Origin: Thalia democratica
Lineage: Eukaryota
DNA: 64,000 bases
Direction: 5' to 3'
Assembly: GCA_965202585.1 (NCBI GenBank)
Contig: OZ241832.1
Coordinates: forward strand, 57,226,001-57,290,000
Made by a program: the position numbers and the translations under genes. How positions within the stretch are numbered: the stretch's first letter is position 1; every line of letters begins with the position of its first letter. Below are positions 48,354 through 62,800 of the stretch, in pieces. The notes under the pieces are model-generated. The model was not told where the DNA came from. It did not search any database and saw only the letters and a program-made list of their open reading frames with translations.

Positions 48354-51300
48354 TTATTTCTCGTTCGAAGTGGAAAGCTGATTCTGTGTAAAAAAATAAG
48401 TTATATTTTGAACCACAGTTGATAATAACTTTAGTTAGCTATAAAAGTATAACTTTTATATTTGATTGAAAATAGAAAAAAATGCATATAATAGTAGTGT
48501 ATAGTAAGAAAGTCTTTTTAATATTAAAGTTAACAGCAACGTATGTTTCAATTTTGAAGTTTAAGTGTGAAGTTTAGATAAAGTTTTATATTTAAAGTCA
48601 ACTACTTGAAAGCTATTTTCAGTTATTTTAACATGAACAAATGTTTTGTCCAAAAAAAAAATAAACATATATAAAAACATTTATAGGGCATGGTTTTAAA
48701 GATTTGTTGTTATAAAATACAAACCGCTGATATTTAAATGGCAGATAAATCAATACTAAACTATATCATGGCAATACATTCAGTTTGTATTACTATCGAA
48801 CAAAAACTGACCGTCATAGTTTGGAGTTGTTTCGAAAAATCTCCCAGCTCCCTGGTTGTTGATTCGTTGAACTGAAATTTTTATTTACTTGTAAATGTTT
48901 TATTAATTTCTATAAAGTGTATAAATGTTACATTTTAAATTTATAACGTGAAGTTGCTCTAGTAGTTTAGAACCAAATATTCTTTTACATTACAAAAATT
49001 ACATTAAAAATTGAAAACGTCAAGTGACTCTGGCAGTTTAGATATACATGCTAAATAACATTTCAAATTCATATAAAGAATAAATATGTAACAACAACGA
49101 CACTAATTTAAAGTAAAAACAAAAATCTAGTGGTACTTTTAAGAAATTAAACGGTTGAAAAAAAACACAAGATGTAAAATAAACATAATAAGTTTATGTT
49201 TTATTTTGTATTCGAATAATTAATAAATATTTTTATAAATCAACCTTCACTGTCAGGGTGATCCTCATTGTTTTTGTTCTTTTAAAAAATGATTAAAAAC
49301 AAATTTTATGTTTTATTTTATATTCCAAAAACTAATAAATACTTTTATAAATCAACTCACACTGTCAGGTTGATCCTCATTGTTCTTGTTCATCTCAATC
49401 TTCACCTGCAGATCCGATCTAGCTCGCTGCATCTTGTTAACGCTCAGGTTCTTAATGGGGGCTACGAACTCCTGCGAAGTGTAGTGTCCCTGCTTCTTTA
49501 TGGACGAGTGGTGGCGCGTGAATATCGAGCGTTTCGTTATCTGTTTAGGGGGATTTTATAATTATTGGTTGGTGAAAAGTAGATATACTTAATGCTGCTT
49601 AAATGGTGTTTTTTTGTACTTGGTTTTGTAAATGTACAATTATTAATTGATAAAATAAATGAATGGCATCTTAAGTAAATAAAAAATTTTGAATAAAAAA
49701 AAAAACTTTATTTACAGTCGTGTAATTAACAAAGCCTCATTATCTGTGGGTTTTGTTTGTCTTTTTATTATATATACACAAAATTTCGAATAGAATATGC
49801 TATTGTTTTAAATCTTAAAAAAGCTAGAGATGTACCAACTTAGTGTATGAGTAAGTTTCTAATTAAGGTTTTTTTTTTTAATTTTAATTACTTACTTTTG
49901 ATAAGTGTTATACAGTAAAAATATAACTTATTCAATACCCACTGTGTCTTTTTCTCACTTATAAATTAACAGGAAACAACAATATTTTTTATGTAAACAA
50001 TTTTTATTTTTGGCTTCAATTTTTATGATCTTCTTGAAAATTTTTTTAAGACAACAAACAAAAATATAAAAAATTTAGAGGAATAATTTGCTTTTCAATA
50101 ATTTTTTTTTATTATTCGCTTTTTATCTTTTTCAGATTTTGATCACATTCAAAAAAAAAATTGCGAACAAACTTTATATTTAGCTTCGATGTTGATGCTC
50201 TTCTTCAATTTGGTCTCCTTCACTTTGTCGGGTATGAGTTGTTCGAACTTGCTTATCACGTGTCTTCGGATCAGGGTTTTCCCCGACTGTATGTGCAACA
50301 GCGACGCTAGTGTCTCGCCTGTGAACTGAGGTTCTAGTACCTGTGGAATTGAAAAATAAACATTACTTATAGGTGTAAAAAAAAATTATCAATATTTTAT
50401 TTCAGTTCTTTTTATGTTTAAAATTGTTTATTTAATTGCTTATTTGTATCGCCAGTGGACTGACCTTCCAATACCTGTGGGGAAAATTGACAATCTTAAA
50501 AACAACTTTTTTTTCAACTTATTGTTCTTTTATTAATATACAAATAGTCTATGCCTGTTTTATCAATTCTAAGAGATATCTTTGTATGGTATTATTTTGC
50601 TTCAAAGTTTTATTTAAATACAAGTTATTGAGTGACGCCAGTGAACTGACTTTCAATACATTTTAGGAATACTTAATAGTTAAATCCAAACTTATCTATT
50701 TCTTATTAGAACAAAATTAAGATCTCGCTAAAATAATCAATATCAAATTATTGATTGCAGATTTAATTGCTTACTACTTAACATTTCCAATTTATGTCTA
50801 CGCTTAATCTATCTTTATCTATTTATTACTTAATTTCATATATTTGTTATAACAAAAATCTTACCATAACAGCTCCATGGACACCGGAACCTCTCAAATT
50901 GGTGGCGAATTCGGCCAGGTCGATTTGTCTCAACCACTCCATTATTCGTTGGCATGTCCACATTTCAATTCCTTCTACTGACTGTTGTAATAATTATAAA
51001 ATATTAATAAGTTGGTGAAGTATTAAAATATTTGTTAAATTGGTGACAGCTTATATATACACTTAAATGTTAAACTTTACAAGAAATTTCGGGGAAAAAA
51101 AATTAAAAATTTTGATTATTTTATTGAACCTAAAACTTAAGTTTTTTCAATACTTTTGTTTTTATATTCATAAATCATAACAAAGAAAATAAATGACAAA
51201 TTTGATTTCAGTTTTGTTTGATACAAGGTCATAAATTTTTTAAAGGACATTAGCAAAGGAAAAATCCTTTTATAGCAAACTATATTCGCATTTTTATAAA

Positions 51301-54300
51301 ATTTTGTTGGTAAAATATTTTGAACAACATTATTTTCTTTAAACATTACAAGATAATATGGGATAATTAATTATCTTGGTATTTCGTATTAAAAACATGA
51401 AACTGACAGATAGTCAATAAGAAAAGCGCCTTTAAAATGAAAACAAACATTGTCTTTTTAATTCAGTGAAACATTTGATTATATTAAAAGCTAATGCCCT
51501 TCCAAAAATCAATATGAAATATTTTAGGGAAGGACAAAAGGCTAAAAACGGAAAAATTCCAGAAAATAACTCGTTTACAATAAAAGTTAATGTATAAAAG
51601 CTTAGTTAACAAGTTAAATCAAATTAAAACTGCTTACTTTAAAAAAGGATATACATACTATTTAGTTTGACCTTGGCTTAAGGTAAGAAGACAAATAGTT
51701 TCAGAAAATTAAAAAAAAAACAATCAGAAACATATACAAGTTTAGAAAAGACAATAATTACTTTAAATTCGTTTTTTTTTTAACTAATTCATCTTTTTAA
51801 TGTTAAGTAAGTTTTTATACACATAGTTTAGAACTTTGATATTAAAAAATTAGTATTTAACTTAAATTTGTTTATCTAACAAATTGTGATTTTTAAAGGT
51901 ACTCAACCAAACAATTTCATAACATTGCAGTTTATTTTTTTAAATCTTTATAATTGACCCTACAATCATATGATTACTTTTCAATAACCAAACTAAGTCG
52001 AAAAAAATAGATTTTGAAAAGAATTTATCAAACTTATTTTATCTTTAAACACATTGACAACGAAACACACTCATAATCATGGTGTTTAAAGTCAACATTT
52101 ATTTCAACACCTATTCAATATTGCAACCAATCTTTAATTCCAATGTTAAAACTAACTTATTTCTTTTAAACTTTAAATAATCTAACCACATATTTTTGAG
52201 GTTTCATTACATTTAAATTTTAGCTATACATTTTTAAATGTTAAACTACTTAACCTTATCGCGTGTTATTTTTTCAAACTATTAGCAAACAACTTTAATT
52301 TTAATAGAATGATTTATATGATTTTTTTCTAACTTTACTGAAAACCAACCACATAGTTTTGAATTTTCATTTCCACCTTTTTAAAATTGGTTTTATACAT
52401 CTAAGACAACTAACCTTGTAATAACGCAATTAACCTCGACTAAAAAGCTTAAAACTAATACTATTTTTGTTTCATTACAACTAAACACAGCTCAAATTTA
52501 CATTTGTGTAATTTATTTTTATTATTGTAAGTTTATTGTCATACGAAGGACCCAGGCATCAAAACCTAGGCCACTTATACAGAAAGACATACAACAAAAA
52601 GACAAAAATAAACCAAAATTGTACATTAAAAATGAAAAAAACTGAGTTTAACTAACTAAAGTTTAATCTTCAATCTATTATATTCGAAAACTATAATTTA
52701 TATTAAAACAAACCAACCACGTAATCATGTGGTTTCATGTCACTGGAAGTAATAAACTGAAAGTAATAAACAAGTATAAATAAACTATAAACAAACCAAC
52801 TTAAGTTGAATAAACTAAATTAGCCAAAATATTTAATTTTGTAACAAACCACATAATCCTGCGGTTTCATGTCGCTGGAAGGCCTCCTCTCGTACTTCTT
52901 GGGGTCGAACGTGTTTGCCCTCAGCACCTCAATTGCCCTCCTGATGCTGACTAGGTGGAACAGGTTGTTGATGCCGAGTTTGCTGATGTCTGACACCGTC
53001 ATGTTGTGCAGCATCACTCCGTCTATCGACGACTTGTTGAACGATTCTGGTGGAATTTAAATTATGTTTTTATAGAAAATATCACACATTAAAAAAAATC
53101 ATTTTATTAAAAATGAAAAAATAACATTAATGTTAGATAACTCAATTTGAGTCTACAATAAATATCATAACACCGTCTATCGAGGACTTGTTGAACGATT
53201 CTGGTGGAATTTTATTTGTGTTGTTGTAGAAAATATCACACATAAAAAAATCATTATATTATAAATGAAAAAAATAACGTTAATGTTAGATAACTGAATT
53301 TGAGTCTACAATAAATATCATAACTCCGTCTATCGACGACTTGTTGAACGATTCTGGTGGAATTTTATTTGTGTTGTTATAGAAAACATCAAATAAAAAA
53401 ATCAATATATTATAAATGAAACAACAAATAACGTTAATGTTAGATAATTAAATTTGAGTCTACAATAAATATCATAACACCGTCTATCAAGGACTTGTTG
53501 AACGATTCTGGTGGAATTTAAAAACTGTTAACTTTATTTTTAATACAAATTCACAGAAATAAAACTCAATTAATACAATAGAGTTACTAAATGGTTCTGA
53601 TTGAAGGATCCTGGTGTAATTTTAAAAACATAAAAAATTTAAATATTACTTTTTCAAAAATTATTTAACTTTAATCATCAGAACTCGAAACGTGAGAGTT
53701 TGAAATTTTAGCGCACTAACTTTTATCAATTTGAACTTACTATTATTTAACTCCGTCTATCGACGACTTGTTGAACGATTCTGGTGAATTTTATTTGTGT
53801 TGTTATAGAAAATATCACACATTAGAAAATCATTATATTATAATTGAAAAATAACACTAGTGTTAGATAACTCAATTTGAGTCTACAATATATATCATAA
53901 CTCCGTCTATCGAGGACTTGTTGAACGATTCTGGTGGAATTTTATTTGTGTTGTTGTAGAAAATATCACACATAAAAAAATCATTATATTATAAATGAAA
54001 AAAATAACGTTAATGTTAGATAACTGAATTTGAGTCTACAATAAATATCATAACTCCGTCTATCGACGACTTGTTGAACGATTCTGGTGGAATTTTATTT
54101 GTGTTGTTATAGAAAACATCAAATAAAAAAATCAATATATTATAAATGAAACAACAAATAACGTTAATGTTAGATAATTAAATTTGAGTCTACAATAAAT
54201 ATCATAACACCGTCTATCGAGGACTTGTTGGATGATTCTGGTAGTATTTTGAAATGTTAAATTAATTTTTAATAGAAATTCACTGAAATAATACTCAATT

Positions 54301-54889
54301 AACATGGTACTGAATAGTTCTTTAAAGCAAATAAACCGCAATTAATAGTTGTTTAAAAATATTTTTAATACTGTATAAAACCGTCCATTGATGACTTGTT
54401 TAAGGATCCTATTGTAATTTTAAAAACATAAAAATTTAAATATTACTTCTTCGAAGATTATTTAACTTTAATTATCAGAATCCGAAACGTGAGAGTTTGA
54501 AATTTTGCGCACTAACTTTTATTCAATTTGAACTTACTATTAAAAATATCGAACGGATAAATATATAATATAGTAGAATAAACCTTAATACTGAGCATCT
54601 CCAATAAATAAATAAATAAATATATATATATATATATAGAACTAAAATACACAAAATAAACTTTTGCTTGGGACAGCTGTTTCTGCGTTTAATACGCGTC
54701 TTCAGCCAAATTTTATTCAATGAAAAACAAACTTGTAAGTACAGCAATAAAATTATACAAAATTAGGTATTACGTAATAATAGAACAGATAGTTAATTTT
54801 TGACAAAATTATTTACAGAGTTTTTAGATAAATTGTTTTCGATAGTGTATGCAGCCAGTTTGTAATTCGTTTCTTTTGTTTAGAGATTC

Positions 54890-54925
<36 letters not shown>

Positions 54926-56795
54926 ACATTTTATAATAACGCACTTATTGATCACTTTACTGAAATAAAAACTATTTTTGGTAAAAAATATAAACAAAAA
55001 AACCTTTATACTGAGCAAGACCAATATCGTCAAGCCATCTTGCCACCCAAATACTGTTGAAATTGATGCAGCCATCTAGCATTTCCTTATCCATATTATC
55101 AACATCATCCGATATTATCTGCATGTGGAGTTTCAACTTCTTCGCATGCAACACATTCTTTATTCCCAAGTCCTTCATTAAATGAAAAGCGATATTTAAA
55201 AATTTAATTCAGGCAAGTGCTTATACAAAAGATGTTAAAGTTTATAGAAAGTAGATTTAAATACATAATAAAACTAGTAAGTGAGTTTGCTATACTTTTA
55301 CAAAGAAATAATAATATATTTTTTAACTAAAAACATTTATTTTAATTTCCAAGCCGTTGATAAAAATAAGATGGTATGAATAAAAATGTTTATTCAGGAA
55401 AGTACTTATCGAAAATAGATTACAAAGATTTGAGAATACTTAAGCAAAATAAAAATGTTTACAAAATATAAACGAGATTTTTTTACAGTAAACTTTATTA
55501 ATAACTAAGTCATTATCTTAAATTTTGTACAGTATAAAACTTGTTAATAAAAGCAAAAAGTTGATTTAATAAGTTTGAGAAAATAATACTAATCCAGATA
55601 AAAACTTGAATGTCAGAACTGTGAAAAAAAACTATAAAACATGTATGAGTATAAAAACCTTTTCTATTTCGTGGCTACTGATTTGTAACAAGTCTTTTCC
55701 GCTTTTCAGCCAATCAGAAACTTTCATTTTGTAAACAGAAAGACCGATGTCGCTCAACCATGACAAGTACTCGTCATGTGACCAACTGGAAGCGTTTGAT
55801 TGGTTCCTGTTTCCGCTTGATGAACTGTTTTGATTGAACAAATTAGCATTAAAATTAAGACATAAATGAAGCAATAAAACTGATTTAAAACAAATGGTTT
55901 CAGATAATTTTTATCATAAGGTTAGTGCATAACTCTTTAAAAAAACTAGAACAAAATAAAGCATAATAAATTGATCTAAGTAGATAATTGTAAAAATGAG
56001 TTTAGCTAAAAGATATGGATTAATATTGGATCCTATTTCCATATGATAAACTTTAAAATATAGAGAATAAAAAGTAAAGTTTGTTTTATAAATAAATAGT
56101 TATAAAAAGATTCGTTTTAGGAAAACAACTACCCTTTAAAAATGTCGTCACTAAAATAAACAAACATACTCAAATATATTAATATAATTGATGGAGTTCA
56201 ACTTGTTCTACAAATAAATACACAAAATAATTAAAAAAACTAAAATAACAAACAAACTTGTTAATATTATTGACGGAGTTTAATTTTCTCCACTAGAAAA
56301 TAACAAAAAACAATTAAAATATACAAACTAATTAATATTATTGATGAAGTCCAACTTGTTTCATTAATAAACAAATATATATATATATAAAAAATAAGGT
56401 TAATGTTCAAACTTGAACACCTTCTACTGAGCCCACTTGAAGGGCTTTTAAATAATTTATTGAAATGACGATTTTAAAAATGCTGGAACATATGTTTCAT
56501 AAAAACAAAAAAAATTGTCTCTAATCTTCAGCCAGTTCAAATTTTTAATTTGAACTAAAAGCCAGATTTTAAATTTGAACTGGCTGAAGATTAGAGACAA
56601 TCTTTTTTGTCTTTATGAACCATATGTTCCAGCATTTTTAAAATCGTCATTTCAATAAATTATATATATATATATATTTATATATAAAACTAAAATAATT
56701 GTGCATTAGTAACACAAACAAACTTGTTAATATTATTGACGGAGTTCAATTTGTTCCACTAATATATATATATATATATTATAAGTATTTGTATA

Positions 56796-56826
<31 letters not shown>

Positions 56827-59800
56827 TGAAGTTAAATAACAAAAACAAACAAACTTGTTAATATTGTTTACGGAGTTCAACTTACAAATAACAAAAACAA
56901 ACAAACTTGTTAATATTGTTTACGGAGTTCAACTTGTTCCACTTAACAAATAAAATAACAAAACAAACTTATTAATATTGTTTACGGAGTTCAGCTTGTT
57001 CCATGTCTTCTGCGAACCACCAGTGGTCGCCCTCACCCCTCCCCTCTTGAAGTTGCTCCCTGCTGATATGCTGCTTCTCTTCCTACCGCTCGACATCACA
57101 GGTTGCTCGTTCTCCTGCTGTCCCTCCAGTGAGGTCGACCTGCTCCGGCGCAGACTGAACCTGAAAGATTGAAAATTACTTTAAAATTAGGTATTTTTTT
57201 CTTAAACAACTTGATGAATTTTTATAAATAATTTAACTGTTTTCAGGGTTGCCAAATGTTTTTGGCAAATTTTGTCCAGGTATTTAAAAGTACACGTTTT
57301 TGGGTCTATTTTTAGTTTCAATTGTTGTTAGATTTAATTACTCACAATAATCAATGTTTTAGTTAAAATAACCTTTTATAATATTTGAGGGATAAAAGTT
57401 TGCAAACCATTTAAAACTCACTAACGAGATTAGATTTTAAAATACTGATTCAAATTCTTAATGAGTTTTATTTAATTTACAAAACATCAAAGCTTGACAA
57501 CTTAAAACAGGTTGTTTAAAAAAATCATTTTTGTTTTGAATTATAACTTGTATAAAAACATACTATAAAAACTAACGAAAACAAGTTTTTAATTTTCATT
57601 TTGCTTTTCTTTTTATCTTGTTGCACTACAGTAGGTACTTTAGGAGGTTTTTCAACATTTTCTACTGCAACTGGTTTGATCTTGTTTAATGCTGAAAAAA
57701 TAATTCATTTGTTTAATATAAACTAATAAGTGTGTATCAGAAACAAATGTGTTTTTAAAAATTGCTCTTCTAAAAAGTTTAGAAGATGTAAACAACGTAA
57801 AGCTTAAACATAAAACTAGTAAAAATTAATAGTTAATTTATATAATTAAAATTTTAATAAAATATTAGGGCATATGATTTAAATGAGGCTTTTGTTAGTG
57901 AATTAAAAAACATATATTATACATCCCTTGTTATAAGGGTATAAATGTTTTAAATGATGTAAAATGTGAATAATGTATCTCAGTTAGAGTTAATAATGTT
58001 GTAATTATACCTAAGTAAAAGACTTTGTTACTGCAAAATAATATAGAACGTCAACTAAATCAATTAATTATTTTTATACTCTAATTAGGAACACTGTTAC
58101 TAAATGATTATTTAGTTTATTAAAATATTATTTTTCATTATTTTTATACTTAGATTAGGAACACTGTCACTTAAGTATAAGACAATATGTATTTATTTAT
58201 TATGTTCATACCTAGATTAGGGACACTGTTACTAGATGGTTTCTTTTCATCTTTTTCTTGCTGATTTTCCTCAGCTAAATTCGATCTGGATGTGTTAGAA
58301 GACGAAACATCTGCAAATAACTGAAGTATTAAAAAAAAAATTTAAAAAAAAAACATATAGCAACTTTGATATTGGTATTGTTTTCATTGGCCTAAACGCA
58401 TAAGCCTTGAACAGAAAGTACAAGTTTATACATTTAAAATATTGAGTTCTGCATAGTTTTTACACGAAACGATGTTATTTTAGGTGTTGTAATTTTCAAA
58501 ACATTTAGTCGACTGTATAATGTAAAAAAAAAAGTTAAACTTCAACATGACTGCAGACGCAGACACTTGAAGTTTTTGTGAACGATTTAGTTTAATTAAA
58601 CGATCAATACTTACAAAATTTGTCTGGATTAAACTTTCTCCTAACTTGAGAACTTCTATTTGCTTTACACAATTAACAATAAGCTTGACAAACATTTTTA
58701 GGATGTTTACTTCTTTTTTGAAATAAAAAAATTAAATAATAACACCACTTAGTGTTGCATACATTGCTAAGTTGTGTTTTTTCTAAAAGTTACTCAAGCG
58801 TGAAGTTTGTGAGAACTTGATTTGAGCACATTTAATTAAATGACGACATCATTTAATCAAAAACCGCTTTAAAATTGCTGTTGAAAAACATATTATTTAG
58901 ACAGAAACAAAAAAAAATTGGAAAATCTAAGACTATTTTATTTAATTATATGATGAACAAAGAACTTGGCATATAAAAGTTTTAAATAACTTCAATAACC
59001 TATCTTAAGGAACATTTATAATCGTTTAGCTGATGATTATAAGATTAAGACAATAAAGCCAAATATATTAGTCATTTTAAAATAAATAAAGATAGATACA
59101 GTACAATAATCAATGATAAAAACTATTGAAAGAAAAAAATATAAGTAATAATTTATTTTATTTTAAATTTTCAAATAAAATTTTATTATTACACTACAGT
59201 TGCAAGACAAACAAGTTTAACGTAATAGCAAAAACATACAAGTAATATTGTATGAAATCGTGTAAAAAACTGCTTTACACTGTTTTACACGACAAAAACA
59301 GTATTTTATGAGAAAGTGATTTATCAAAGTAAATCTTATTTCACCGTTTCATTGCTTCAATATAACCTTATTGAAATGAGTACAAAAATCTTTGTTTAAC
59401 TGTACATCTGAATGAAAGTTTTTACAGAAGTACTTTTTGTGTATAAACATTTAAATTCACAAACAGACAAAATACAATTTAATAAACTTCTGAATTTTAC
59501 AGTTATTCGATAAAAACTAAGTTAGTCAAAACAATTATCTGAATTGTATTTGTTTGGAATGAAAATTTATGGAAACTATTTTCTTTAAAAAAACTTTTTT
59601 TTTGAAATACATTGACTAAGAAAAAACCAAATATTAAAATATCTAAATACTTTTTCAATCAAGTATAGAAATTGATAAATGGAATAGAAATAAATTAATT
59701 CAAATACTAAAAAGTTTATAAGTAAATTAAAACTTGTGTTGTAAACTTAGATAAAACTGAATAAAACAATGCTTTTGTTTCAATAAGGTGAGTACAGTAA

Positions 59801-62800
59801 GTTTATCTTTTTATCAAAATGTTTGCACTGATAATATTGATTTGTTTTAAAACCGCAATATATTTAAATAAATTACTACTATCAGTAAATGTATTGAATG
59901 CAAAAACATTTTCTAAATTAAAGCTTAATTTATTTAAAAAAATTAATTGAAACTTAAATCAAAGCATCGTTTTTTATTTCAGTAAATATAATTTTCATTT
60001 CATTAACATATTTTAATTAGCATTTGAAACATTGCGTGTTTATTTTTAATATATTTTTATACATCTCTATAAAATTATCAAAAAAAATGATTGTAAAGAA
60101 TTAAACAAGTTTCAACAAACAAACCTAAACTCAAAGTTTATCTTACAACTATATATTGATGGAACTCCAATATTTATAAAAGTTAGTTAGCAATAAAATA
60201 GTACAACATTATTACTTTAATCCATACAACACAGTTTATCTATTATACTATACAAAATGCGAAAAAAAATTTGTTATTGTGTTGTATTTAAACCACAGTA
60301 AAAAAAGTTACAACTAATAAAGTGACTCCTTGTGCGAATACTTGAATTTTAATTTCTATAAAATTAGCGTTTTTTAAAATTTTATTAGAAAAAAGTTTTA
60401 AAAAGTTTGAAATTCTGTAGAAAACTGCTTTACATTGTTTTAGATAAGAAAAACAGTATTTTATGAGAAAGTGATTTATCACGGTAATTTTTATTTGGTG
60501 TTTTGTCGCTTCAAGACAATAAATACGTTACTGTGTTTTATGAGTTTAAAAATATTTCTTGATTTAACTGTTCTATGATTTTTTTACGGAATTTTTTTTT
60601 TTAAAGTGAAGTTTTTAAAGAGACAAAAAAAATTTAATTTAAATATTTTTATAATTTGCAGTCATTTGATAAGTTAATCAAAATATTTATTTCAAGTATA
60701 CTTGTTAAGAGTAAAATATTAAGTGATGGAAGAAAATGGGAATAAAAAAATTGAATTAACTAGTTAATAATCTATACATCAATCAGATATAAAATTTGGT
60801 AGCGAAAAAATAAAAATAAATTTATTAGAAAGCTTGTATCCTAAACTTAATTTAAAACTGAAAAAAAAAGCTTCTGTTTTAATATATTGAGCGCGGTAAG
60901 CTTATCTTATTATCAAAATGTTTGCACTTATAATTTTTGATATGTTTTAAAACCACATCATACTACCTACATAATACAACTAATTACTACTAATCAAAAA
61001 TTATATCTGATGTAAAAACACTTTAGATGATTAAAGCAGTTTTTTTTTTATTCAGTTTTTCGAAAACCTTATAACTGAATTTTTTTATACATCTCTACTA
61101 AAATATCAAAAAAAGAAGTAATTTTATGGAATTAAACAAGTTTCAACAAACAAACTTAACATAAATATTTAGCTTACAACTGGAATTACATCCAATATTT
61201 ATGTAAGCTAATTAGTAATAAATAGTACAACTTTCCATACTTTAATCTATACTATGAATCTATCTATTCACCAAACAAAGTGGAAAACAATGTGGTATTG
61301 TTTTGTATTGAAACCACAATTTTGACAAATTACGATTTACAATGTAACTATTTGTATTAATACTGGTTTTATTTAATTCAAGAAAATTTTCAAGTTTTTA
61401 CCTTTTCAAACACATAAAGTTATTAAGAAATGTACAAACTCGCGATAAAGCGATATTTTTCTATAGCAATTATATAAATACTTTTTGTAGAAATAAATTT
61501 TTAATACAATTGTTTTTAGTTTGATAACTAACAAGATACTATGCAGTTTCTAAATAAATTAACGAGAAAATACATTATCAAAAAAAAAGTTAAAAACTAT
61601 TTTAAACATAGCTAAAAAACTTCATTGTACAACAAACGTAGAAATAAAACAAAAAACCTTGTGAGTTGTTAAATTAAAACAAACAAATAACCTTGTGAGG
61701 AACTGGTAGTAGTTACTGGCTTGAAAGTAGGCAACAAATCAACTTTTTTATCGAGTAATTCGTCCATACTAGAAGATACCGCTTTGTCATTATTGTGAAC
61801 TACTTTCTCTCTCTAATATTATTACAGATTTTTGTAAGTAAGATAAACAAAAAGTTTATTTTAATTAGCTTGTTTGAATAGATTTTAAAAATATGTTACA
61901 ATTGTTTTCTGAAAGACAAGTAGTATTGAAATACCAGTGGTATTTTATACTTGTGAGTTTAAAAAAATAATTAATATAGTTCAGTTTAAATGTTAGGCAT
62001 TTCAAAAAGCTTGTTAAAATATTTACTATCAATTTGTGGCGGTTTTAAAACTGAAGAGTTTCTAAAAAACAAATTGTATATCTCCCTAAGGATTTAAAAA
62101 AATTCAAGTTTGTTTCATCATAGTAATTTAAAATCATAAAAACAACGTATACTCTTGAGATAACTGTAAACTGCTATGTTAACTTAAATAATAAAAAAAA
62201 TATATTGTACATACTTTGAACAATATATAATATTATAATTTTCAAACTAACAACTTCAGATGTTGAACTTTTTAAACTTGCCGAGTCTTTTTCAGTTAGT
62301 TTTCTGTTAAAATTAAGGTGTTTAATTTAAACCAAGCAAAAAAAAACAAATGCATCTTAGTGAAACGCATAGATTTATTTCAAATTTGATCTACCATTTG
62401 TTATTTGTTAAAACAAAACGAATAAGTGGTAGATATTTGGCTATCTTTAGAAACCTAAAAATAAGCCGGCAATATTTATTTTACATAAAATAAGTTTTGT
62501 AGTTAACAATTTAAAGATGTTTTTGTGTTAAAATTTTGTTCCGACTAACGGCGTTTCACTGCTCTCAAAAAATCTAAGGACAGATCTACGGAGTCTCAAA
62601 AATGCTCTAAGAAATAAACTAGAAATAAGTCTAGTTAATAAACTACAAACTATTGGGTCATATATCCAAAGACACTAACAAATGAGCAGTAGAATTTATT
62701 AAGGCCATAGGGGGGTAAACCATGTTTTTTACAAGTTGATCTTATTTTATAGAGTTTTTTCTTAGCTTCAAGATGCTTTTTATTGTTTTAAAAAGTTCAA

